A stretch of DNA of 64,000 nucleotides. It comes from Alphaproteobacteria bacterium. Lineage in GTDB: Bacteria > Pseudomonadota > Alphaproteobacteria > MPNO01. A program made the position numbers and the translations under genes. Below are positions 45,275-54,638 of the stretch, piece by piece (position 1 is the stretch's first letter; each line of letters starts with the position of its first letter). Location of the stretch: the NCBI GenBank assembly GCA_965202835.1, contig CBDBCA010000002.1, positions 1,671,200 through 1,735,199 of the forward strand, given 5' to 3'. The notes beneath the pieces are model-generated. The model was not told the origin of the DNA. It worked only from the letters and a program-made list of their open reading frames with translations, and did no database searches.

Positions 45275-46087
45275 TTATATGATCGAAATTAGAATACCCG
45301 CAACGGCGAGGACTGCGCCAACGAACCAATACCAAAAAGAATTGTTGTTGAAGTGCTCGTGCAATTTCGAGGTCCAACGCTCCTTCGCCGGTTCGATGTT
45401 CCCGCGATCCGATTTCAATTCGTTGGAGGGACGCCCACCGGTCACGCTGTCGGCAAATTCAGCGAGTTGTTTCGTGAGGGCGTCTTTGAGCAGTGTCTCC
45501 ATAGCGGTTACGTCGACCTTGCCTTCCTTCGCGGCGGCATCGGCCTCGTCGATCGCCGAATAATACGGGCCCTTGTCCTCCGCAATGAACTCCGGGATCG
45601 TCTTGCGTCCGGGCAGTCTCAGACCAAGTTTGATACATAGGATCAGATACGAAATAGCTCGTGAAGTGCGGCCGTTACCGTCCTCGAATGGATGAATCCA
45701 GTTGAGCCGCCACATCACATATGAGGCAAGATGCCAAGCATCCTGACCCCAATTCTCATTTACGTAATCGCACATCGTTTCGACATGAGCGGGCACATCT
45801 TGAGCAGGCGGAGGATCGTGACTACTGTGCACGATCGTCATCGGACCGGGCCGGTAGGTGCCCGGCAACTCCGATAGCCCTTCGATGGCAAGTCGGTTCA
45901 GCGTCGAAAGGAGGGACGGACGCAAGAAAAAGTCTCCGCCCTTCTGCAAATTTTCGTCGATCGTGTCCATGACGAATTTTGTTTGGCGAAGTCCATTTTC
46001 CGCTTCAATTGCGGCAATTTCGTCCGGGTCTTTAGTGGGTGCCTCTCGTTCGGGTCTACTCTTTCTCTGATCGACGTCGTTTGTCAT
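45275..46087 (-). CDS. Fic-domain protein with C-terminal hydrophobic helix
   Basis: Canonical HPFEDGNGRTSR; ends FWYWFVGAVLAVAGILISII. Confidence 0.9.
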   Translation of the reverse strand: MTNDVDQRKSRPEREAPTKDPDEIAAIEAENGLRQTKFVMDTIDENLQKGGDFFLRPSLLSTLNRLAIEGLSELPGTYRPGPMTIVHSSHDPPPAQDVPAHVETMCDYVNENWGQDAWHLASYVMWRLNWIHPFEDGNGRTSRAISYLILCIKLGLRLPGRKTIPEFIAEDKGPYYSAIDEADAAAKEGKVDVTAMETLLKDALTKQLAEFADSVTGGRPSNELKSDRGNIEPAKERWTSKLHEHFNNNSFWYWFVGAVLAVAGILISII

Positions 46088-46090
46088 TGA

Positions 46091-46273
46091 CTAATGTTCG
46101 CCGCGTTCCTTGAGTTTCTTGGCTGCCGTTGCGATGGTTTCCTTCGTAATCCTGCTATTTTCGATATGGGTGTTGCCGAAAGCGAAACTTTCTCTCTGTT
46201 TTTCATTATCGCGCTCAGTCATCACCACAGTCTTCGCCGCTTCGATCAGAGCTTTGAGTTTTCCTTCGTTCAT
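46091..46273 (-). CDS. Small protein, probable Fic antitoxin
   Basis: 60 aa, 3 nt upstream of fic; NTHIEN resembles the (S/T)xxxE(G/N) inhibitory motif. Confidence 0.65.
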   Translation of the reverse strand: MNEGKLKALIEAAKTVVMTERDNEKQRESFAFGNTHIENSRITKETIATAAKKLKERGEH

Positions 46274-46367
46274 GGTCTCACCTTTCGCGGCTATGTCCAT
46301 GAGATCAACATAATGGAACCGGGCGCGGTTTTGAATAGTGAATCCTCCGGCAGGATGTGATCGCTAC

Positions 46368-46949
46368 TTACGCTGCTTCCCGCGCTCGCTGTTCGTTGAC
46401 CCAATTGGAGATCGGGATAGGACGAAGGTCTCCCGGCATGTAGACGCTGGCGATAACGGCGCCGAGATGAGCCAACAAGGCCGCCGTGAATGGGATGTCG
46501 GATCCCTGCTTGCTGCCCTCGCCATTTCTCGGACCACACTCTTCCGCCTTTATTCTTGGGACTCGCCTTGGCTCCTTCCGAAACGCCCGGTGACTTGTCC
46601 CATTTTGTGGCCATCGAGGCAGCAGACGCCGCCCCTGCTCCACCACCACCGCCGTCCCGTTGGCCGACACCATGAGCATGCTGCCGCGGTCGCCCGGCAC
46701 CTCGTAGTCGAGGTCGACGCCCACCGCCGCGTTGGCGCCCCGGCTCGCGGCCTCGTCGGTCATCTCGCCGATCGCCGTGTCGCGGGCGTCCTTGAGCACT
46801 TTCTCGCAGGCGCCGGCCTGGCCGCCGACGATGTCGCGGACGGCGGCGACCGGGTCGCGGAAGATGTTGGCGCCCATCGCGGCCTCGCCCGGGACGAGGC
46901 CGGCATGTTCGACGATGCGCCTGCCCTCCAGCGCGGTCGGAACAATCAT
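46368..46949 (-). pseudogene. YbjQ/UPF0145 protein, degenerate, reading past its expected stop
   Basis: GANIFRD...[31 protein letters not shown], followed by about 90 aa that look non-coding. Confidence 0.7.
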
Positions 46950-47713
46950 GCTTCGGTCCTCCGTTCGTCGCCGGTCCGGCCCTGCATAGCACGGGACGTC
47001 CCGGGCCCGTCCGCCGCATCGAGCGCTCTGGCGATCGCGGCCAGCGTCGCCAGCGAGCCGCGGCGCCTGCCGGACTCGATATGCGCCAGATGACCGCGGC
47101 TGATGCCGACGGACTTCGCCAGTTGCCGCATAGAGAGGCCACTGTTCAGCCGGCGGGCCTTGACCGGGTTCTCCTCCAGTCGATCCAACTCCGCGACGTT
47201 CCAGGCAGGGTCCGCCTCGCCGACCCCGGGGCCGGGGCCCGACCAGTCGCGGGGTCCGGTGAGCACGGTGAACTGGGGCGCGGCCGGGGAGGCGCCGATC
47301 CTCCAAGTCCGCAACTCCACGGCGAAGCATCGGAGCCCGGAGCCGTCCCGCTCGTTCAGCCGGTCGATGACCGCGCGGTGCTCGTCGTGGAACGCGGTCG
47401 CGAGCCATACCACGATGTCGCCCTGAAGCCCCACGCCATAGGTGAGGAGCTGGCCAAGATGGGAGTGGTCGGAATGCCCGAGCCGGGCCTCGATCACCAC
47501 GGTGTTGCCGCTGTCGCGGTCGCGGCACACGAGATCGGCGCGGAACCGCCCGACCATCGCCTCCCGCGCCACGGGTTCGAGATCGAGTCCGAGCGCGTCG
47601 CCGAGCCGGCAAAGGTTCTCCCCCATGGCGAGCCAGGGGAGGAAATCGCCCGACTCGCTCGCCCAGAGGCTCGCCGGATCGACGCGTTCGAGGTGTTCGA
47701 CAGGTTTCTTCAT
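46946..47713 (-). CDS. DUF4268-associated/NucS-like nuclease domain fused to XRE HTH
   Basis: [29 protein letters not shown]; C-terminal HTH. Confidence 0.75.
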   Translation of the reverse strand: MKKPVEHLERVDPASLWASESGDFLPWLAMGENLCRLGDALGLDLEPVAREAMVGRFRADLVCRDRDSGNTVVIEARLGHSDHSHLGQLLTYGVGLQGDIVVWLATAFHDEHRAVIDRLNERDGSGLRCFAVELRTWRIGASPAAPQFTVLTGPRDWSGPGPGVGEADPAWNVAELDRLEENPVKARRLNSGLSMRQLAKSVGISRGHLAHIESGRRRGSLATLAAIARALDAADGPGTSRAMQGRTGDERRTEA

Positions 47714-47759
47714 CGGGCCGGTGCTCCGTTTTACGATGCAAGGAGAGGGTGCGGGCAAG

Positions 47760-47790
47760 AAAAAGGGGCGCCGGAAATCTCCGGCGCCCC
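47760..47790 (-). terminator. Intrinsic terminator
   Basis: 11-bp stem GGGGCGCCGGA/TCCGGCGCCCC, 4-nt loop, followed by TTTTT on the minus strand. Confidence 0.75.
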
Positions 47791-47808
47791 CACTTCTCGA
47801 CCATGCAA

Positions 47809-47837
47809 AATATACCCCGAAACGCGTCCCGAGTCAA
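47809..47837 (-). promoter_or_regulatory. Sigma70-type promoter
   Basis: TTGACT-N17-TATATT with an AT-rich upstream tract. Confidence 0.65.
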
Positions 47838-48256
47838 GCAATAATTACTGATTTACGATATATTGGTCGGTAAGTCCCGGAAATCAGGGCACTTTTTCTC
47901 CCTTCGGATTCCAACCGGGAACCGCCTCCCGAACCCCCGAATCCGTCCCACGCGCCGTTCTTGCGACGGCCTCCGTCCCGATGGGCGAACCCGTCTCCGC
48001 TCCCCCTTGTCACCCCGGACACCGTTCCGGGGACTTGGTCTTCGCCGGGCGGAGGGGGTGCAAATGCCAATCGCCCGATGCGCTCAAACGCCTTGAGCAG
48101 AAATTCCCGCAGCACCGCGATCTCTTGCCTCCGTGTCCACACCCTCTTCCACTCGGAGTAGATTCCGAGAATGATCGATGTAACGACGCCTGCCCCCACT
48201 CCGATTATCAGTCCATACCGGATGCCGGACCAAGTTTTCGGGTCTTCCGTTGGCAC
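47834..48256 (-). pseudogene. Small membrane-protein gene, 3' part replaced by repeat-like DNA
   Basis: N-terminal TM segment; half family-B palindrome at 48008-48032 lies inside the ORF. Confidence 0.35.
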
Positions 48257-48340
48257 AGCTTCGTCTCCCTTCCGCGCCCCCGGGATATCCCCACAAAAGG
48301 ATTGGCCGCAAGCCCCGCACTTCCTGTGGAGAAGGCGGCC

Positions 48341-49240
48341 CTATTCGGCCGGCGGTAGCCACTGGCGAATGGTCTCGGCGCTTTCGCGCTTGATGCACTG
48401 GGACATCACCCAGCGACCCTCCCATGCCAGGCTGTGATGGAAGGGTCCTCCCGCGATCGTGTCGAAGAGCCAGATCCGGTGCCCGAGCCGCTTCACCTTG
48501 CGGTAATACTCGACCTGGCTATGCCACGGGACCCTCTCGTCCCTGGGATCGCCGAGCATGAATATCCGCCGGTCCGGGTCGACCGGCATGTCGACGACGC
48601 CGTCGATCGGATCGTATGCGTAGTCCAAGGGCCTCCAGCCCTTGTGCCAGCGCCGCGACTGGACCGCGACATGCCCTGAGGTGATCACGGCGCAGCGAAT
48701 ATCGCTGCGGACGTTCAACAGGGCGGCGACCAAGAGCCCGCCGCCGGACCGTCCCGACAATGCGAGCGCCTCGATCCCGTGGCGCCGGACGATCTTCTCG
48801 ACCGCCCCGATGACCAGCTTGGGGTTACGCGGTTCGAGGCGCTTGCTGTGATCCCCGGACGAGCCGTAAACCCCCGGGCGCGAGACCTGAATGTACGGGA
48901 TACTGTGGGCACCGTATTGCCCCCTCGCGGCTCTCTGCTGCCGTTCGGCGCTCTCGTTCCGGTACCCCCGGTTCACTTTCCGGGTGGAGCGATGCGCCGC
49001 ATCGCCGTGGAACCAGATATGCGCGAGCGGGTTCCTGTCCGAGGCCAGCCCGGCATGGAAGTAGCGGATGCAGTCGCCTCGGCCGGAGACCACGACCCAG
49101 GCGGCCGTATCGCCGTATCCGGCGCATTCCTCCTCGGTGCTCGTGGCGCCTTGCTGGACGCCGGCGCGGGTCCAAGTGTTCGCGTCGGCACCGGATGAGC
49201 CGATCAGCAGAAACGAAATCACGATCCAACGGTGACCCAA
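48341..49240 (-). CDS. Exported alpha/beta hydrolase
   Basis: Signal peptide, WFHGD, RPGVYGSSG, GRSGGG, D..VP, late His. Confidence 0.75.
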   Translation of the reverse strand: MGHRWIVISFLLIGSSGADANTWTRAGVQQGATSTEEECAGYGDTAAWVVVSGRGDCIRYFHAGLASDRNPLAHIWFHGDAAHRSTRKVNRGYRNESAERQQRAARGQYGAHSIPYIQVSRPGVYGSSGDHSKRLEPRNPKLVIGAVEKIVRRHGIEALALSGRSGGGLLVAALLNVRSDIRCAVITSGHVAVQSRRWHKGWRPLDYAYDPIDGVVDMPVDPDRRIFMLGDPRDERVPWHSQVEYYRKVKRLGHRIWLFDTIAGGPFHHSLAWEGRWVMSQCIKRESAETIRQWLPPAE

Positions 49241-49272
49241 GGGTATTCCTCACTGCGGTGTGCAGCACCCGC

Positions 49273-49686
49273 TCATTTCCGCCCACCCGCGGGCTCTTCT
49301 CTCGCGGGCACCAGGGTGATGTTCACCGGCGAGGTGTACTTGTTGTCCGCGCCGGAGGCCGAGTCGATCGCCCAGCCGATGCCGCCGCCCAGCACGATGT
49401 TGCCGAAGGTCGCGCCGGCCGCGTCGGACTTGTTGGCGTAGGTCGCCTTCTGGTAGCCGTCGAGCTCGCACTCGATGGTGATGTCGTGCTTGGTCTTCTT
49501 GATCGTCAGGGCCGACGGTGTGCGGGGGATCCGGCCGATGGAGCGGCCCTCCCGGATGAAATTGCACTCCGCGCCCGACGGGTTGGTGTTGACGAAGATT
49601 TCCTGCGACGTGCCCTCGATGATCGAAGAGCACGCGCCAAGCGGGATTGCGCACACAAGCAAGGGCAGGATCCTGCGCGGTAACAT
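49273..49686 (-). CDS. PEGA-like lipoprotein
   Basis: Lipobox LGAC, GNIVLGGGIGWAID..SGA. Confidence 0.8.
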   Translation of the reverse strand: MLPRRILPLLVCAIPLGACSSIIEGTSQEIFVNTNPSGAECNFIREGRSIGRIPRTPSALTIKKTKHDITIECELDGYQKATYANKSDAAGATFGNIVLGGGIGWAIDSASGADNKYTSPVNITLVPAREEPAGGRK

Positions 49687-49877
49687 CTGAAACTCCCGAT
49701 TTCGTCCGAACCCTGTTCCGCCAAGGGCTGTCGATGGCCTTGGCTGGACGACAGGCGCGCGGAGTTGAGGCAGGCTTGGAAAGTGTTTGAATGAACTAAA
49801 GTGTCGCCAGTATTATCTTTTTCGACATATATTCATGTCAATATAGTCATAATGGTTGTAATTCATACTCGGCAGCG

Positions 49878-50447
49878 GTGCGAATAGTGGAAATCATTGC
49901 CGTCGCCGCCCTCGCGGCAGCCCTGTTTCTCGCCAGGGGAGCGTTGAGGAGACGCCCCCGCCGCCGTTCCTCCCGCGGCAACGTTCGCCGGCCGCGTCCC
50001 CGCCGTGAATTCGCCCGGCGCCCCGCCCGCGACATCTCCGGCAAGGCCTATGTCACGGACGGCGACGGCATCCGCGTTTCCGGGCAGGAGATACGGCTCG
50101 CCGGGCTCGACGCGCCGGAATGGGACCAGCCGGCGCGGCACCGGGACGGCTACTGGTTCGCCCACGGCAAGCGGGTGAAGAGCGCGCTGATCCGGGAGAT
50201 CGGCGGCCGGCAAGTCCACGTCGCCATCGAGGACTACGACCGTTTCGGACGCGCGCTCGGCACCGTGACCTGCGACGGCCGCGACATCGGCGAATGGCTG
50301 GTCCGCGAGGGCCACGCCATCGCCGCTTACAGCGAGCGCTACAAACAGGTCGAGCGGGAAGCACGCAACGCGCGGCGCGGAATGTGGGCGCACGCCCGCA
50401 ACATCGACCCGAGGGTGTGGCGGCACCGGAATGGGAAGGACGCGTGA
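49878..50447 (+). CDS. Thermonuclease (SNase) family protein
   Basis: DGDG, IRLAGLDAPE, DRFGR, A....RGMW; N-terminal membrane anchor. Confidence 0.9.
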   Translation: MRIVEIIAVAALAAALFLARGALRRRPRRRSSRGNVRRPRPRREFARRPARDISGKAYVTDGDGIRVSGQEIRLAGLDAPEWDQPARHRDGYWFAHGKRVKSALIREIGGRQVHVAIEDYDRFGRALGTVTCDGRDIGEWLVREGHAIAAYSERYKQVEREARNARRGMWAHARNIDPRVWRHRNGKDA

Positions 50448-50479
50448 TCGTCAACCAGGCGCTTCAAAACGGACAATCT

Positions 50480-50592
50480 TGTCACCCCGGACCTGTTCCG
50501 GGGTCCAGAGACACAGGCACCGCTGTCGCCCGGCATTCCCCCGGATCGCTGCCCGGGGCAAGCCTGGACCCCGGAACAGGTCCGGGGTGACA
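50480..50592. repeat. REP-like doublet, family B
   Basis: Inverted TGTCACCCCGGACCTGTTCCGGGGTCC arms; spacer related to the 25348 copy. Confidence 0.9.
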
Positions 50593-50688
50593 GCCGAGGC
50601 AAGGGCGGACCACGTCCCTCCCCGCCCTTGCCCGCCGCCGCGCCCGCCGCCATTCTGCGCGCCCACGTTCGCCCGGGAGACGCCCGGC

Positions 50689-51648
50689 ATGCTGCCCGAC
50701 CTCGCGGCCATCGAAGCGGCGGCGGAGACCGTCCATGCGGTCATGCCGCCGACGCCGGCGCATCGCTGGCCGCTCCTGGCCGCGCGCAGCGGGGCCGAGG
50801 TCTGGGTCAAGCACGAGAACCACACCCCCATCGGCGCGTTCAAGATCCGGGGCGGGCTGGTCTATATGGACCGGCTGCGCCGCGAGAACCCGGCGGTCGG
50901 GGGCGTCATCGCGGCGACGCGGGGCAATTTCGGCCAGAGCGTCGCGGTGGCGGCGCGGATGTCGGGGCTCGACCCGGTCGTCGTGGTGCCGCGCGGCAAC
51001 AGCCGCGAGAAGAACGCCGCGATGGAGGCGCAGGGCGCGGAGCTGGTCGTCCATGGCGGCGACTTCCAGGAATCGCTCGAATACGCGCAGGGGCTCGCGG
51101 ACGAGCGCGCGCTCCACATGGTCGAATCCTTCGCCGAGCCCCTGGTGCACGGGACGGCGACCTACGCGCTCGAGCTGTTCCGCGCCGTGACGGACCTCGA
51201 TGCGGTTTACGTGCCGATCGGGCTGGGCTCGGGCATCTGCGGGGTCATCGCGGCGCGCGACGCGCTCGGGCTCGGATGCGAGATCGTCGGCGTCTGCGCC
51301 GAGCGCGCGGCGGCCTACGCGCTCTCCTTCGAGGCCGGCCGGCCGGTCTCGACCAATTCCGCCGACACCATGGCCGACGGCATGGCCTGCCGGGTGCCGG
51401 ACCCGGACGCCGTCGCCATCGTGAACGCGGGCGCGGCGCGGGTGGTCGCGGTCGGCGAGGACGAGATCGCCGAGGCCATGCGCGCCTACTACGCCGACAC
51501 CCACAACGTCGCCGAAGGCGCCGGCGCCGCCCCGCTCGCCGCGCTGATGCGCGAACGGGACGCGATGCGGGGCCGCAAGGTCGCCCTGATCCTCTCAGGC
51601 GGCAACGTCGACCGCGAAGTCTATCTCCGGGTGCTCGGCGGCGGGTGA
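50689..51648 (+). CDS. Threonine/serine dehydratase (PLP)
   Basis: KHENHTPIGAFKIRGG, ATRGN, PIGLGSG, LSGGN. Confidence 0.9.
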   Translation: MLPDLAAIEAAAETVHAVMPPTPAHRWPLLAARSGAEVWVKHENHTPIGAFKIRGGLVYMDRLRRENPAVGGVIAATRGNFGQSVAVAARMSGLDPVVVVPRGNSREKNAAMEAQGAELVVHGGDFQESLEYAQGLADERALHMVESFAEPLVHGTATYALELFRAVTDLDAVYVPIGLGSGICGVIAARDALGLGCEIVGVCAERAAAYALSFEAGRPVSTNSADTMADGMACRVPDPDAVAIVNAGAARVVAVGEDEIAEAMRAYYADTHNVAEGAGAAPLAALMRERDAMRGRKVALILSGGNVDREVYLRVLGGG

Positions 51649-51711
51649 ACCGGGGTCGCGCCGCCCCTCGCCCCCGCCGTCACCCCTCGCCGTCATGGCC
51701 GGACTTGTTCC

Positions 51712-51994
51712 ATTGCTGTCCGGTTTAACTTCGGGACGGGCTCGGTGCGGATGGGCGAGACCATCTCCGCCCCCCCCCGCTGTCACCCCGGACTTGTTCC
51801 GGGGTCCAGGGAAACCGGGCGAGAGCGGCGCCTGACAGTCTGGACCCCGGAACAAGTCCGGGGTGACAGCCGGGGGGGCAAGGACGGAAAGCGCGGGCGT
51901 CCCGAAATCCGTGTCCCGACCCGGCCGATGGGCCGGTAACCCGCTTCTACCAACGCCTTGCGCCCGGTCCAGCCCATCTAAACCGGACAGCAAT
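51712..51994. mobile_element. 283-bp MITE inserted in a family-C REP hairpin
   Basis: Perfect TIR ATTGCTGTCCGGTTTA/TAAACCGGACAGCAAT; direct repeat GGACTTGTTCC at 51701-51711 and 51995-52005. Confidence 0.85.
51779..51870. repeat. REP-like doublet, family B, nested in the MITE
   Basis: Perfect inverted arms. Confidence 0.9.
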
Positions 51995-52038
51995 GGACTT
52001 GTTCCGGGCATGACGGCGGGGGAAAGGCGAGCGCCGCG

Positions 52039-52305
52039 TCGCTCTGGGAGGTCGCGATCGAGAACGGGCTGGGACGCGCCGATTTCCGGGTCGATCCGCA
52101 TCTGCTGCGCCGGGGATTGCTCGACAACGGCTACGAGGAGTTGCCCATCGACGGAGCCCACGCGGTCGAGGCCGGGCTGCTGCCGCCGCTGCACGGCGAT
52201 CCCTTCGACCGTATCCTGATCGCCCAGGCGCGGGTCGAGGGAATCCTGCTGCTGACCGCCGACAAAACGCTGGCGCGCTACCCCGGGCCGATCCGCGCGC
52301 TTTGA
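52039..52305 (+). pseudogene. VapC/PIN toxin remnant lacking its 5' end
   Basis: SLWEVAI...HGDPFDRILIAQARVEG..LLTAD; no start or antitoxin upstream. Confidence 0.82.
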
Positions 52306-52395
52306 GGCATTTTTCGACCGGGCACGATCGCCGCCGGCCGCCGGCCGGGAGGGCCCCTCGCCCCGGCCCTCTCCCCAGCGGGGAGAGGGGGACTC
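52305..52395. repeat. Partial copy of the 24914 MITE interior with a family-D hairpin
   Basis: TTTTCGACCGGGCACGA and the hairpin match the reverse complement of about 25160-25250. Confidence 0.6.
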
Positions 52396-52417
52396 GCGCG
52401 CCGCCTCCGCCCCCCCC

Positions 52418-52897
52418 TCAGAGCGGGATGACGATCAGCGTGTCGATCGTCTCGGAATCGCAGACCACCGTGCGTTCGGCGTAGCGCAGCTCGGCGGCGG
52501 CCTCGACCACGACATCCAGATAGCGCCCGGCGCAGAACAGCTGCGTCGCCGCCATCTGCATGGTGCGGAAGACCGCGAAGTTGGTCCGCACGGTCCAGCG
52601 CCCGGGGCGGGCCAGGACGACGGTCGGCGGGTCGATCAGGTGGCGGTAGCAATGCGGCTCGAAGACATTGGCCTCGCGCAGCGCCTTGATCCGGTCCCCC
52701 ATCATGCCGTGCCCCTCGCACAGCATCAGCCCAACCGGCATGTCCGCCGCGTGGTTGGCCCGCGTGGTGATCCGGTAGACCCCGGTCTCGGTGAAGAAGC
52801 CCGGCCATTCCTCGAGCGTATCCTCGTCGATCGCGTGCGCGTAGGCGCGGTTGAGGGCGTCGATCCGGCGGAGAAGCGCGGGGTCGGCATCGGTCAT
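52418..52897 (-). CDS. Aromatic ring-hydroxylating dioxygenase beta subunit
   Basis: YA..ID...LEEWP.FF, DRI.ALR.AN, GRYLD, IDTLIVIPL. Confidence 0.88.
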   Translation of the reverse strand: MTDADPALLRRIDALNRAYAHAIDEDTLEEWPGFFTETGVYRITTRANHAADMPVGLMLCEGHGMMGDRIKALREANVFEPHCYRHLIDPPTVVLARPGRWTVRTNFAVFRTMQMAATQLFCAGRYLDVVVEAAAELRYAERTVVCDSETIDTLIVIPL

Positions 52898-52943
52898 GGC
52901 GGGCAGTGGCGGGGTCACGTCTCTCTCCGTCGCGGGCGGGCCA

Positions 52944-53130
52944 CTATAGCGTGTCTGCTTTAGTTGGAACCGCCTCGTCCATTTTCTTCCGTCATGGTCG
53001 GCGAAGGCCGACCATCCACGTTTTGTTTTTGATTCCAGAGACTTAAAACTCGTGGATGGTCGGCCTTCGCCGACCATGACGGTTAGGAGGCAAGGGTAAC
53101 AGCGCTTCTATCCGAAACGGACAGGCTCTA
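52944..53130. mobile_element. TA-ended MITE with family-A doublet (52989-53082)
   Basis: Inverted near-copy of 12276-12459. Confidence 0.7.
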
Positions 53131-53217
53131 AACCACCGAAGCCGCGCGGCCGGAAGGGGACATCTCACGGCCCGGCGCGTAGACTGGCGCGGCAACCGAC
53201 CACCGAAGGAGATCCGG

Positions 53218-53514
53218 ATGAGCGCCGTCGTTCTGCTCGTGGAATTGAAGATGGCCGAAGGCAGGCGGGACGACTTCGTCGCCCGCGTGCGGCGGCACCG
53301 CCAACTGGTGCTCGACAACGAGCCGGCCTGCCAGCGCTTCGACATCGTGGTTCCGGACGGCGCCGACGACGTGGTCCACCTCTACGAGGTCTATGACGAC
53401 CAGGACGCGGTCGACCACCACATGCAGACCGGGCACATGGCCGCCTACCGCGCCGATACCGCGCCGATGGTGGCGGACCGGAAGATCGTGACGGCGGTGC
53501 TCGCGAACGGCTGA
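53218..53514 (+). CDS. Antibiotic biosynthesis monooxygenase/LsrG-like protein
   Basis: EP.C..FD, LYEVY, H..T.H. Confidence 0.85.
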   Translation: MSAVVLLVELKMAEGRRDDFVARVRRHRQLVLDNEPACQRFDIVVPDGADDVVHLYEVYDDQDAVDHHMQTGHMAAYRADTAPMVADRKIVTAVLANG

Positions 53515-53563
53515 GCCCGCGCCCGGCCGCTACCCGAACGCCGCGAATACCGGAGGACCCGCC

Positions 53564-54031
53564 ATGACCGGCGCCATCGACTCCCGCCTCGCCGAGCTCG
53601 GCATCGCGCTGCCCGACGCTCCGGCCCCGGCGGCCAACTACGTGCCCTGGGCGGTGACCGGCAATCTGGTCTTCGTCGCCGGGCAGGTGCCGTTCAGGGA
53701 CGGCGCGCTGAGCCATGTCGGCAAGCTGGGCGACGCGTTTTCGGTCGAGGACGGCCGGGAATGCGCCCGCATCGTCGCGATCAACATCCTGGCCCAGCTC
53801 AAGGCGGCCTGCGGCGGCGACCTCGACCGGGTGACGCGCTGCGTCAAGCTCGGCGGGTTCGTCAACTCGACGCCGGACTTCACCGACCAGCCCCAGGTGA
53901 TCAACGGAGCCAGCGACCTGATCGTGGAGATTTTCGGCGACGCCGGCAGGCACGCCCGCTTCGCGGTCAGCGCGCCCTCGCTGCCGTTCGACGCGGCGGT
54001 GGAGATCGACGCGGTGTTCGAGATCGCCTGA
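53564..54031 (+). CDS. RidA/YjgF family protein
   Basis: PAANYVP, NGASDL, GRHARFAV, LP..AAVEI. Confidence 0.92.
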   Translation: MTGAIDSRLAELGIALPDAPAPAANYVPWAVTGNLVFVAGQVPFRDGALSHVGKLGDAFSVEDGRECARIVAINILAQLKAACGGDLDRVTRCVKLGGFVNSTPDFTDQPQVINGASDLIVEIFGDAGRHARFAVSAPSLPFDAAVEIDAVFEIA

Positions 54032-54037
54032 GCGGCG

Positions 54038-54499
54038 CTACTCGGCGGGGACGACCTCCTTCGCCCTGGCCTCCCGCTCCTCCTTCTCCCTGCGCAGCTT
54101 GCCGACTGGCTCGGTGGCCCAGCCGTGCTCGGAGATGTCGAACACGACGCCGTTGATGTCCTTGTACTTCTCCTCCGCCTGGAGACCCTCGTAGTCGCCC
54201 TCCAGCGTGTAGTAGTAGGACCCGCCGGCCTCCTCGATCTTCTTCGCGGTCGCCTCGGCGTCGTCGACCACGAACCCGACATGGTGCATCCCGGCCCAGT
54301 CGGGGCCGTTGATCAGCCCCTTGGTGCCTTCCGGGAAGTTGAGAAGGGCTACGTTCATCACCCCGTCCGACAGCATGATCACGTTGCCGAACGGCGTGTC
54401 GCCGCGGCAGACCCGCTCCATGTCGAACACGCTCTCGTAGAATTGCGCGGCCTTTTCGAGGTCCGGCACCTGAATGGCGACGTGGCGCAGCTTGGCCAT
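54038..54499 (-). CDS. VOC/glyoxalase family protein
   Basis: LRHVAI.VPD, LSDG..NVALL, HHVGF.VDD. Confidence 0.88.
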   Translation of the reverse strand: MAKLRHVAIQVPDLEKAAQFYESVFDMERVCRGDTPFGNVIMLSDGVMNVALLNFPEGTKGLINGPDWAGMHHVGFVVDDAEATAKKIEEAGGSYYYTLEGDYEGLQAEEKYKDINGVVFDISEHGWATEPVGKLRREKEEREARAKEVVPAE

Positions 54500-54638
54500 C
54501 GATCCGCTCCGTGGCTGTTTGCGTGGCGCGATTTTGGCCCATGCGCGGGCCCGCCGCAACGGGAACCGGGCGCCGGGGTTGCTCCCCACCGCCCGCTGCC
54601 GCTATGCAACCCCGGCAGTCGTCGGAGAGGGAATCATC

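Noticed and set aside
49824-49839. GACAT-N6-ATGTC dyad in an AT-rich divergent promoter region
   Set aside because: Only 5-bp arms and a single occurrence; cannot be distinguished from chance.
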